A stretch of DNA of 64,000 bases from positions 8,580 through 72,579 of the forward strand of contig NZ_JACXAE010000061.1 of NCBI RefSeq assembly GCF_014698965.1. The letters run 5' to 3'. Below are positions 18,489 to 27,661 of this stretch, piece by piece (the first letter of the stretch is position 1; every line of letters begins with the position of its first letter). Under the pieces are notes generated by a model. It was not told the origin of the DNA. It ran no database searches and saw only the letters and a program-made list of their open reading frames with translations. This DNA comes from Iningainema tapete BLCC-T55. Lineage in GTDB: Bacteria; Cyanobacteriota; Cyanobacteriia; Cyanobacteriales; Nostocaceae. Position numbers and translations under genes: made by a program.

Positions 18489-19728
18489 TTTTCTTAGTAA
18501 GTTCCATAAACCAACCGGGTGGATTAATGGGAATTGTTACCTTAGTTCCTATCGGTGCGGCAACAAACTTTTGGGAATAGCCTTGGAAATCCAAGTCAGC
18601 AAATTTAGGATATTGCCAGTCTACTATAACACCAACAATCATTGTCACCAAAGCAATTTTAGCAGTTAATCGTAGTTTGCTTGGTCTTTTTGCACCTAAA
18701 AACCAAGTTAATATAGTCACAAAAGTCAACATGGGGATAAACCAATAACGTCCCCCAGCACCAGGAAGCCAAAGCTCCTGCCATTGAGGTAAGGTGCTGC
18801 TGACTACTGGTGAGAGAAGAGATATACTCAGAACTCCGGTAGCAAAGATAGTAAAAAGTCGAAGTTCTAAACTAGCTTTGAGTAGGCAGTAAATAACCAA
18901 GCCAATTCCGGCGACAGTAACTAAGGTTGATATAACGATGCTTCCTGGAAGATAATTGATTAATCTACCACTTCTGTGTCCAAGTATTGCACCCAAGAAA
19001 ACTTGAGCAGCAAGAATTTTGGCAAACAACTCTGGTGTTGCGCCCAAAGTTGTCGAAAAACGGTTGTGCCAATTGAGTAAAATAGCTGTTGCCTGGACTG
19101 TAGCAGTTAATAAAAGACCTAAAAATAGGATAAATGTCCACCGCCTACGCCGCAACCACCAATATAATGCAGCAATGGGAGCTAGTATTACCGAGAAAGG
19201 ACTACTCAAACCAGCAAGCAAAATCACTCCAATGTCAAAAGCTTGCCAGACAATTAGACTACTCGGCGTAGCTAACACAACCATGCAGGCTAGCAATGCT
19301 AAGAACCAGTGAACATTAGTAATGTTACCATGAATCTCGTGAGAGTTGGGTAAAGCTAAATACAAAAGTGCCAGGAACAATCTAGTTTGAAGACTGGGGA
19401 TTAACTGCGCAAAGCGTACAGAAGCAATCAGATTAACTGGTAAAATTTTAATTGCGATCGCCGTCAAGTTGAATAACTTGGGTGCCCATACTAGTGGTAG
19501 AAATTGAGCGACAGCACCACAAAGCCGGGAAATAGTTTGTAAATAACCGCTTTTGGGCAAAAAAAGGGAATTTAGAATTCCAATATTATAAGCCTCAGCA
19601 TACCAAAACTTGCCATCTTCTGCCCAAAATTGGGCATGGAAAACTGCATCTACTCTTCGAGAAATCAGAATTACCAAAGCAGTAATAAAAATGAAAACTT
19701 GAAAACGCAAACCAACATTTAGCTTCAT
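18481..19728 (-). CDS. Polytopic integral membrane protein, possibly a GT-C-fold lipid-linked sugar transferase (DUF2029/ArnT-like)
   Basis: About 11-12 predicted TM helices and no soluble domain. It lies in an operon with GT2, deacetylase and methyltransferase genes. Confidence 0.5.
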   Translation of the reverse strand: MKLNVGLRFQVFIFITALVILISRRVDAVFHAQFWAEDGKFWYAEAYNIGILNSLFLPKSGYLQTISRLCGAVAQFLPLVWAPKLFNLTAIAIKILPVNLIASVRFAQLIPSLQTRLFLALLYLALPNSHEIHGNITNVHWFLALLACMVVLATPSSLIVWQAFDIGVILLAGLSSPFSVILAPIAALYWWLRRRRWTFILFLGLLLTATVQATAILLNWHNRFSTTLGATPELFAKILAAQVFLGAILGHRSGRLINYLPGSIVISTLVTVAGIGLVIYCLLKASLELRLFTIFATGVLSISLLSPVVSSTLPQWQELWLPGAGGRYWFIPMLTFVTILTWFLGAKRPSKLRLTAKIALVTMIVGVIVDWQYPKFADLDFQGYSQKFVAAPIGTKVTIPINPPGWFMELTKKSD

Positions 19729-19963
19729 GTGATGTTTATCTATTCTTTCTAATCAACTGCCACGCATTAAAATTGTATCCATCTGATTAAGAGTGTCGCA
19801 TCATAAAAGTACATATTTACCAAAAGCGTACCTGCATCTAAATTTTCTATTATTTTATTTAAAGCTAGGTAATAAAAATATGTCAGAACAAATCAAAAAT
19901 CAGGAAAATATTGCCGACATCATTAATCCTCTAGCGAAAGAGTGTAAATCTGAGGTAAAGTAA

Positions 19964-21364
19964 CTAAAAAGCATTTTGTTTGCTTAATAGTTCTTGGATT
20001 TGTTGGCGATTAACTTTTCCTTGTTCATTAATAGGTATTTCTTTGATTTCTAGCCATAATTTGGGGATTTTGAAATGAGCTATTTTATCAACCATTGCCT
20101 GTCGTATGTCTTGAGAAGAAATATCCGAATTTATCGGCACGTAAACAGCACTAATAATTTGTCCCCAATAGTTATCTGCTTTACCAATTACAAACACATC
20201 TGTAACTAAACCAGTGGCTCTAATAGCGGTTTCTATTTCGCTGGGGAAAACATTTTCTCCACCAGTAATGATTTTATCGCTACTACGTCCAATTATCTGA
20301 AGAGCAGCTTTTTCATCTAAAAAACCAACATCATCAGGATAAAAAACACCATGTTCAGAAAATAGTTCAGGATAATAGCCAAGCGCCAACGAGGGACTAT
20401 AAATAGCAATACGACCTATTTGTTGAGAATCTAAAGACTTTCCCTTTTCATCATAAATTTTAATGTCTATATGAGGCAAAATTTGATAACTACCGTTTGT
20501 GCCATTTAAAAAGCTTTCTGGCTTGAGAGTAGCAATCTGTGAAGCAGTTTCAGTCATTCCGTAAGCAGGCGCAAGTCTGATGTGATAAAATCTCGCTTTC
20601 TCCAAAAGTTCAGACCAAGCAGGTGCGCCACCAAGTAAAACGGTAGAACATTGAGATAACCAAGATGCTATATGAAAATTACTCAGTATACTTTGTAATT
20701 GCGTAGGTACTAAAGATATAAAAAATTCCTGTGGGGCAAAATTAGCTAGTTTCCCTATTTTCAGTTCTTTAAAAGGCAAAATCAATAATTGACCACCAGA
20801 TGAAAAAGTACGCATGAATTGCATTAAACCGCTAACATGGTGTAGCGGTAGCACACATATAGAGTTTACTTCGCTAAGTTGGAAATACTCTCGGAAACCT
20901 TCTACTGATGCCATCAGAGTCTGCCAAGTGTGCATCGCAAAGCGAATTCTTCCTGATGAACCACCTGTAGGAATCATAATTAAAGTACTTGCTTGATTCA
21001 ATGTCTGGTTGACTGGTTGACTGAGATGATCACGATGATGCGATCGCCAACTTACATGATACTGTTGAGCGCATTCACAATTACCCAATACTAAATCGGG
21101 TGCAACCAAATCGAAGACTTGTTGCCATTCAAACAAACCCCAAGCTGGATTACCTAAAAAAACATGATGACCTCTTGAGTAAGCAGCGATAAAACCCGCA
21201 AGAAAGAGAATTGGATCTGGCTCTACTAGTAATATTTTCTGTGGAATAGGATTGTCTAACTTTTGGTAAAAATTTTCAGTTAAAGTAAAAAAATCTAAAG
21301 GTTCATAACCTAAAAGCCAATTTTCTTGAGAGCGTTTTCTTAATTGTTCTATAGGTGTTTTCAT
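19964..21364 (-). CDS. menE: AMP-binding (ANL) superfamily enzyme resembling o-succinylbenzoate-CoA ligase MenE
   Basis: PTGGSSGRIRFAMHTWQTL (A3-like), YGMTETA (A5), GRSSDKIITGGENVFPSEIE (A8) and C-terminal HFKIPK. It is about 466 aa with degenerate motifs, as in MenE. Confidence 0.55.
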   Translation of the reverse strand: MKTPIEQLRKRSQENWLLGYEPLDFFTLTENFYQKLDNPIPQKILLVEPDPILFLAGFIAAYSRGHHVFLGNPAWGLFEWQQVFDLVAPDLVLGNCECAQQYHVSWRSHHRDHLSQPVNQTLNQASTLIMIPTGGSSGRIRFAMHTWQTLMASVEGFREYFQLSEVNSICVLPLHHVSGLMQFMRTFSSGGQLLILPFKELKIGKLANFAPQEFFISLVPTQLQSILSNFHIASWLSQCSTVLLGGAPAWSELLEKARFYHIRLAPAYGMTETASQIATLKPESFLNGTNGSYQILPHIDIKIYDEKGKSLDSQQIGRIAIYSPSLALGYYPELFSEHGVFYPDDVGFLDEKAALQIIGRSSDKIITGGENVFPSEIETAIRATGLVTDVFVIGKADNYWGQIISAVYVPINSDISSQDIRQAMVDKIAHFKIPKLWLEIKEIPINEQGKVNRQQIQELLSKQNAF

Positions 21365-21625
21365 ATATATTTCAGTTGGTTTTTAAGCAATAATATCACT
21401 AAATTCATTAGATTTATTTAGGACAGTGAGTACAAAATCATCACAAGCAATTCTAAATTATATCTGCAAAGCGTGTGATACCGACTATCACAAGGCAGCC
21501 AATTTAATTAAAGCCACTCGTCAAGTTTCAAAGCAAGCGGCTTTAACAAGTGCGATAGAGCGAACTTGAGCGAATGGGTTTAATTATTCACGGCGAATTT
21601 ACTGTAACTTAATCAGATTACTCAA

Positions 21626-22075
21626 ATCCTCGACAAATCTGGCATCAATCGGCGTACAGTTGCAGGTGGTTTATCCTGTCCAACTGGTTTGGCTGTAGTG
21701 GATGACTCCACTGTCTTAGTTACAGAGTTTCTGGGCAATCAACTCTCGCGAATCAACCTGACAACTGGAGAGCGTCAAGTGATTGCTTCAAATTTATCCT
21801 CTCCTGAGGGCGTTGCTTACCATCCTCACGGAATCGCAGTAGTTGCTGAGACTGGGACGCAAAGTGTCAAAGCTATTGATATTGACACTGGTAGAAGTGT
21901 GATTTTGAAGAAGAATTTACCAATTGGCTTTGAGGGTTTTCCCAGCGGACCAAAACCTTTTATTTTCACAAGAGTTGCGATCGCAAAGGATACAGTTTAC
22001 ATCACTGGTGACGCTGACAATTCTATTCGTACAGTCAAGCTTGACAATGCATTAAGGATTTTTCCAGAACAATGA
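21626..22075 (+). pseudogene. 3' gene fragment paralogous to the C-terminal ~150 aa of the beta-propeller/PEP-CTERM gene at 5102..6823; lacks the N-terminal ~420 aa
   Basis: The translation ILDKSGINRRTVAGGLSCPTGLAVVDDSTVLVTEFLGNQLSRINLTTGERQV... aligns with residues ~419-570 of the 595-aa protein (ILDKAGSNRRTVASGLLCPTGLARVDDSTVLVTEFLGNQLSRIDLTTGERQV...). Homology begins upstream of the first ATG at 21689. Confidence 0.6.
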
Positions 22076-22202
22076 TGCTCTAATTAATGATGTAGTCTTC
22101 AATGGATTCGATTCGCTACCCCCCGTAAAGTTCTAGCAGCTTAAGTGAGAGGAGATCATCTCACATCTGGGAACAATAATAAAACAACATGAGGGTAGAT
22201 AA

Positions 22203-23309
22203 TTGGAACAGGAAAGGGCATATTGGCTGGCTTGGGCGCAAATTACTGGCATCGGTCCAGTATCATTGCAGAAGATGCAACAACATTTTGGCACGTTGGC
22301 AGCAGCATGGCAAGCGCCAAAAGCTGAGTTGGCACAAGTAGAGGGTATAGGTTTTCAAACTCTGGCGAAGGTGGTGCAGGAGCGATCGCAAATCCTTCCC
22401 GAACAATTTCTCACTCAACACCAGCAGGAAAACCCTTATTTTTGGACTCCCGCAGATGCAGACTATCCCCGCTTGCTGCTAGAAACTCCCAGTCCACCTG
22501 CCGTATTATATTATCAAGGTCAAGTAGAACTGCAAGAGAATTTGGGACAAAAACCCCAAGTTGCGATTGTGGGGACACGTCAACCCACAGAATATGGTAT
22601 CAGATGGACTCGTCAAATTAGCACAGCTTTGGCAAAAAATGGTTTTACAGTTGTTTCTGGCTTAGCTCAGGGAATAGACACTGAAAGCCACGCGGCTACT
22701 CTCAAAACTGGGGGAAGAACAATCGCTGTTTTAGGTACAGGTGTAGATGTAGTCTATCCACCCCAAAATCAAAAGCTTTACCAACAGATTTTAACACAAG
22801 GATTGGTGGTAAGTGAGTTTCCCGCACATACACCACCCGATCGCACACACTTTCCCCGACGCAACCGCATTATCGCCGGGTTGAGTCGTGCAGTACTGGT
22901 AATAGAAGCACCAATCAAATCCGGTGCTTTAATTACCGCTAATTATGCCAATGAATTCGGGCGAGATGTTTATGCATTACCAGGAAGATTAGACGACAAT
23001 TCTTCCCTTGGGTGTTTAAAATTAATTAGTCAAGGGGCGGCAATGATTGTGAGGGAATTAGACGAACTGTTAAAGATGCTTGGTGCAATACCACAACTTG
23101 ATTTTATCACCCCACCACAGCCACAGCCTTCAAAGTTACCAGAGCAACTGCAACAGGTAATGGATGCACTTACGCTCGAATCTCTCCCTTTCGATTTTAT
23201 TGTTCAACAAACTGGCATGGCTGCAAGCTCAGTTTCCAGTGCTTTGTTGCAGTTAGAATTAATGGGTTTAGTCTCTCAACTACCAGGAATGCGTTATCAG
23301 AAAAGTTAA
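22203..23309 (+). CDS. dprA: DNA-processing protein DprA (Smf)
   Basis: Rossmann-like DprA core VAIVGTRQPTEYG...VVSGLAQGIDTESH...IAVLGTGVDVVYP. Confidence 0.85.
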   Translation: MEQERAYWLAWAQITGIGPVSLQKMQQHFGTLAAAWQAPKAELAQVEGIGFQTLAKVVQERSQILPEQFLTQHQQENPYFWTPADADYPRLLLETPSPPAVLYYQGQVELQENLGQKPQVAIVGTRQPTEYGIRWTRQISTALAKNGFTVVSGLAQGIDTESHAATLKTGGRTIAVLGTGVDVVYPPQNQKLYQQILTQGLVVSEFPAHTPPDRTHFPRRNRIIAGLSRAVLVIEAPIKSGALITANYANEFGRDVYALPGRLDDNSSLGCLKLISQGAAMIVRELDELLKMLGAIPQLDFITPPQPQPSKLPEQLQQVMDALTLESLPFDFIVQQTGMAASSVSSALLQLELMGLVSQLPGMRYQKS

Positions 23310-23327
23310 ACTAGATAAGATATACTT

Positions 23328-23774
23328 TTGACAATCATGACCCAGTATTCCTTTGAATACACAGCAGAAAAAATAGGGAACTCCACTATTGTACATGCGG
23401 ACTGTTTCTCTTTCTTAAGTCAACTAGCAGAAAACAGCATTCATGCAGTAGTTACAGATCCTCCTTATGGTGTGAAAGAATATGATTTTGACCAGCTAGT
23501 AAAAAGAGCAAATGGGAATTGTGGTATTTGGAGAATTCCACCATCGTTTGATGGGCATCAACGTGCCCCTTTACCACGATTTACCGCACTGACGAGTAAA
23601 GAACGTCAAGTTTTGAAAAATTTCTTTGTAGAATGGGCTACGCTAGTAGTGCGTGTACTTCGCCCTGGTGGTCATGTTTTTATATTTAGTTGTATTTTAT
23701 ACACAAAATATAATAAGTATTGTACAGTTTATAACTGCTTTAAATACGTATTCTCAATATCTACAGTAGTTTAA
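23328..23774 (+). pseudogene. Truncated beta-class amino-DNA methyltransferase (DPPY motif) lacking the C-terminal FxGxG/SAM-binding region
   Basis: SIHAVVTDPPYG (motif IV) and LRPGGHVFIF are present. The ORF then ends in an AT-rich, non-conserved tail after 148 aa with no motif I. Confidence 0.5.
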
Positions 23775-24275
23775 CCTTTGCTATACGGTTGTTTTACACC
23801 GTGGTGATAAGATACACAGATTTAACGATCTGGGAAGCAAATGCTTAAGCCACAAAAAAACCAACGATAATCAGCCAAGATTAAAAAACCTACTCGTGGA
23901 CTGCACCGAAAGTAGACGCCCGAAACAACCTTGAGGAGATATCAGTACGCTCGATTCCGAGCAAACGTGTTGAGCCTGGGAACCCTAGAAGTAGGGATAT
24001 TAGGGCTGAAAAGTCTTAAGATTCTTTAACCCTTTTAGGGCAGAGAGTGTCAAGGTAGATGCTTGTGTATTAAAGTAGATGCCCTGAGCAGACAAACTGT
24101 ATTAGTAGATACGACCCTTTAACTTAAAAACTTTGTAAGTAGCAATAAATACTTGCTGCGTTAGTTTTGTCTTCTACATCTATTTATATAAAAGTTGTAG
24201 TCTCCTCTTTCTCTATCTGAAGGAAGGGCGTGACTACAACTTTAGAGGTAATATTTTTATCACTAGCTAACTCTG

Positions 24276-24977
24276 CTACTCTACCAATGCCACAGCATTG
24301 GGATCGGTTGCCAAACGACCATCTTCCATGTAGATAATGTGATCGGCGATATCCAGAATCCGGTTATCGTGAGTGACCAACAAAATTGTACAGCCATGTT
24401 CTTTAGCAAGGCGTTGCATCAAATCTACCACATCACGACCGGATTTTTTATCAAGTGCTGCTGTAGGTTCATCGGCAAGGACAATTTTCGGTTCCGCAAC
24501 CAATGCACGAGCAATAGCCACCCGTTGTTTTTGTCCTCCAGACAAATCATCAGGATAATAATTGAGACGATGCCCCAATCCTACCTGCTCCAACATAGCA
24601 CTAGAACGAGTCAACATCTGTTCTGGAGTAATATGTTTGTGCAACTCCAAACCCATCCTCACATTTTGTAAAGCCGTCAAACTACCATGCAAGTTATGTG
24701 CTTGAAAGATATAACCGTGATTGCGCCGCGCCAAAGTTAATTCTGCTGCACTAGCTTTGCACAACTCTCGTCCCAATACACGCAAACTACCAGATTGAGC
24801 AGAACGCAACCCACCTACCAACGTTAGCAGAGTAGTTTTGCCAGAACCAGAAGGTCCCGTCATAATAATAATCTCACCTGCATAAATATCTAAATTAATA
24901 TCAAATAAAACTTGCTTACGCAATTGACCTTGCCCAAAGAAATGGTCAAGACTCTTAACAGAAATTACAGGCTCCAT
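24276..24977 (-). CDS. ABC transporter ATP-binding protein, DevA-like (MacB-type) subunit of a tripartite exporter
   Basis: Walker A GPSGSGKTTLL, LSGGQKQRVAIARAL, and Walker B LADEPTAALD. Confidence 0.8.
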   Translation of the reverse strand: MEPVISVKSLDHFFGQGQLRKQVLFDINLDIYAGEIIIMTGPSGSGKTTLLTLVGGLRSAQSGSLRVLGRELCKASAAELTLARRNHGYIFQAHNLHGSLTALQNVRMGLELHKHITPEQMLTRSSAMLEQVGLGHRLNYYPDDLSGGQKQRVAIARALVAEPKIVLADEPTAALDKKSGRDVVDLMQRLAKEHGCTILLVTHDNRILDIADHIIYMEDGRLATDPNAVALVE

Positions 24978-24980
24978 AAA

Positions 24981-25005
24981 ATTGTTAATTGTTAATTGTT
25001 AATTG
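24981..25005. repeat. STRR heptamer tract (TTAATTG x3-4)
   Basis: Direct read of attgttaattgttaattgttaattg between devC-like and devA-like genes. Confidence 0.8.
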
Positions 25006-25029
25006 CGCTATTAGCCAGTCTTCCATTAG

Positions 25030-26205
25030 CTAAAACATATCCGCCGGATCGGCAGCTTGGAGCTTGCGAGTAGCGATCGCTCCAGAAATCACACACATAG
25101 CGATCGTCAGCACCAACACAAGCAAAGCTCGTGCTAAAGTCATATATATAGGTAAATTTGTCGCACTCTTCGCCAGATGATAAAGTCCCAAAGGTACAAT
25201 CGTTCCAGGAATAAAGCCTAGAAATGCCAGAATCAGTGCTTCTTCAAAAATTACCCCTAGCAGATAGATATTTTGATATCCCATTGCTTTGAAAGTAGCG
25301 TACTCCTTCATGTGAGAATTCACATCAGTAGAAAGAACTTGATAAACAATAATAATCCCGACAATAAACCCCATCGATACACCTAAACCAAAGATAAAGC
25401 CAATTGGACTTTCTGTCTGCCAGTATTTTTCCTCAAACTTGATAAATTCCTGGTGAGTAAAAACTTTAACATCCTTTGGCAAGTAGTTTTTTAACGCTGT
25501 TGCTACCTGCTCTGCATCATAACCTGGTTCAAGATGAATTAAACCCAGATTAATACTAGCTGCCTCTCGTCTAGGAAAGAGCCTTAAAAAATTCTCATCG
25601 CTAGTAATTAAGTTACCGTCAGCCCCAAAGGAAGTCCCCAAACTAAACAAGCCACCGATAGTGATGGTATGGTTTTCTATTTCTGTGGTAACAGTCTTAC
25701 CCTGTTCAACTTGAGCAAGAGCAATTTTATAATCTCCTTTAGAACCACGATCAAATAAGAAAGTATTTGCTAGCTTAATCTGATCTAACTGTTGACTAAC
25801 TTCTGGTAAAGTAAAACTTGGTTGGTCAGGATTGACTCCCATCACCTGAATAGAAGTTTCCTTACGGGTTTGGGGATTTTTCCAAGTAATCATGTTGACG
25901 TACATTGCTTCTGCTGACTTCACTCCCGATATGGAGGATGCTTGATACAGTCGCCGTCGGGAAAATGTAGATAAATTCTGCATATTACGAGCCTTGGGAC
26001 TGACAAGAACAATATCTGTATGCAAAACTCGGTTAAGACGAGTATTACTGTCATACAGTGCGTTTTGAAAACCAAGCTGCATAAACATGAGAACATCGGC
26101 AAAGGCTATGCCAGATAATGCTACTAACAAACGATTTCTTTCATGATTTAATTGCAGCCATCCTAAAGGTGTTCGTCGCTGCAGTTGCTGGATGAATTTA
26201 ATCAT
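25030..26205 (-). CDS. ABC exporter permease, DevC-like (FtsX/MacB-type transmembrane domain)
   Basis: N-terminal TM, a large periplasmic domain, and a C-terminal 3-TM FtsX-like bundle. Sits between the membrane-fusion and ATPase genes. Confidence 0.75.
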   Translation of the reverse strand: MIKFIQQLQRRTPLGWLQLNHERNRLLVALSGIAFADVLMFMQLGFQNALYDSNTRLNRVLHTDIVLVSPKARNMQNLSTFSRRRLYQASSISGVKSAEAMYVNMITWKNPQTRKETSIQVMGVNPDQPSFTLPEVSQQLDQIKLANTFLFDRGSKGDYKIALAQVEQGKTVTTEIENHTITIGGLFSLGTSFGADGNLITSDENFLRLFPRREAASINLGLIHLEPGYDAEQVATALKNYLPKDVKVFTHQEFIKFEEKYWQTESPIGFIFGLGVSMGFIVGIIIVYQVLSTDVNSHMKEYATFKAMGYQNIYLLGVIFEEALILAFLGFIPGTIVPLGLYHLAKSATNLPIYMTLARALLVLVLTIAMCVISGAIATRKLQAADPADMF

Positions 26206-26228
26206 AATTAATTTTAGATTTTGGTAGC

Positions 26229-26259
26229 GTGGAGACGCCCCACCGGGGCGTCTCTACAG
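26229..26259. repeat. Palindromic SDR copy (GTGGAGACGCCCCACCGGGGCGTCTCTACAG) between the devB-like and devC-like genes
   Basis: Direct read. Confidence 0.85.
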
Positions 26260-27573
26260 TTCGATTGCTGCTTTGACTTGTAAATTGGTGAATCTGGCGG
26301 CTTTCTGACTTGATGGTTGATCGAGTCGGATATGAACTTCTACTACTCTGGCGTCAATGTTTGTACTAGGATCGGAGTTGACTACGCTTTGTCGTTGCAC
26401 CTGCAAGCCTAGTCGATCAACTTTTCCCTGTAATTCACTAGGTAGAGAATCGCTGAAGATTCGCACTTGCTGCCCAAGACGAACTTTGCTCACATCACTT
26501 TCGTAAACTTCTGCAACTACATACATTTGATTGGTTTGCCCAATCTCGACGATCCCATCACTTGACACTACCTCCCCAGAGCGTGTATGTATATCTAATA
26601 CTTGACCGTCTTGAGGCGATCGCACGTAAGCTTGTTCTAAATTTTTCTTTGCTTGGTTTACTTCTGCTCTGGCGTTGTTCACTTCTGATGAAGCTATCTG
26701 TACATCTACTGGGCGTACCTCGGATATTTGTTGCAAAGTTGATTGTGCTTGATTAACTTGCTTGCCACCAGTGGCGTTAATGCGGATGAGTACTACTTGG
26801 GCTTCGCTGATTTGTTTGCTACTGGTAGTATCTATCCGAGTGAGTATTGCCTTGGCTTCCCTTACTTGTTGTGTGGCAGTGTCTAAACTTAGGCGCTTGC
26901 TGTCAAAGGAAGATTTTGAAATTGCACCTTCAGAATATAGCTGCTGATGGCGTTGATATTCTGCTTGGGCATTTTTTAACTCTGCTTCTAGTTTGCTAAT
27001 AGTTGCTTGTTGGGCTATTTTGTCACCTTGCCATTGTGCTTTTAGTCTTTTAATGACTTCCTCTTGAGCTGTTTTCTCACCCAGCCATTGTGCTTTCTCT
27101 CTGTCAACTGTGGCTTTTTGGGCATTAATTTCACCTTTTTTTGCGCCGGAAAGAACTTTTGCTAAGTTCGCTTGCTTGACTTTTACTTGTTCTTGTGCTT
27201 TAACGACGGCAGCTTCAAGACGATCTTTACTATCAAGAATTGCCAGCGCCTGCCCTGCTTTTACCTCCTGCCCTTCTTTGACTAACAATTTTTCTACTCG
27301 ATTCTCTTGACTAGACGTGGGCGCAGAAACTTTGATTACTTCTCCAAGCGGTTCTATCCTGCCCAAGGCTACCACTTTTGTTACTTTTGGTATGCTGGGG
27401 ACTGTTTGAGTCACTTTCGACTGCTGTGATTGGTAATGCCTCTGGGTAATTACTCCACCAATGGCTAGAGTTGTCGCGATCGCCAGTACAATTAGTTGGC
27501 GCGAATTCGGTTTGAATGATACAGGACTGTGAGCTATATTTGTGCGCACCATAAAATGCCTCCTATGAGACAT
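26254..27573 (-). CDS. HlyD-family membrane fusion protein, DevB-like
   Basis: N-terminal TM, a long coiled-coil region (KAQWQGDKIAQQ...EAELKNAQAEYQRHQQL), and a C-terminal beta-barrel typical of HlyD. Confidence 0.75.
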   Translation of the reverse strand: MSHRRHFMVRTNIAHSPVSFKPNSRQLIVLAIATTLAIGGVITQRHYQSQQSKVTQTVPSIPKVTKVVALGRIEPLGEVIKVSAPTSSQENRVEKLLVKEGQEVKAGQALAILDSKDRLEAAVVKAQEQVKVKQANLAKVLSGAKKGEINAQKATVDREKAQWLGEKTAQEEVIKRLKAQWQGDKIAQQATISKLEAELKNAQAEYQRHQQLYSEGAISKSSFDSKRLSLDTATQQVREAKAILTRIDTTSSKQISEAQVVLIRINATGGKQVNQAQSTLQQISEVRPVDVQIASSEVNNARAEVNQAKKNLEQAYVRSPQDGQVLDIHTRSGEVVSSDGIVEIGQTNQMYVVAEVYESDVSKVRLGQQVRIFSDSLPSELQGKVDRLGLQVQRQSVVNSDPSTNIDARVVEVHIRLDQPSSQKAARFTNLQVKAAIEL

Positions 27574-27661
27574 GAGTAAACTAGTTAGTTTAGTTGCTTT
27601 CTTCTAAACTAAACTGTACAGTACAATATGTCAAGTACTCAAAGTAAAAGCAAGAAGAAAA

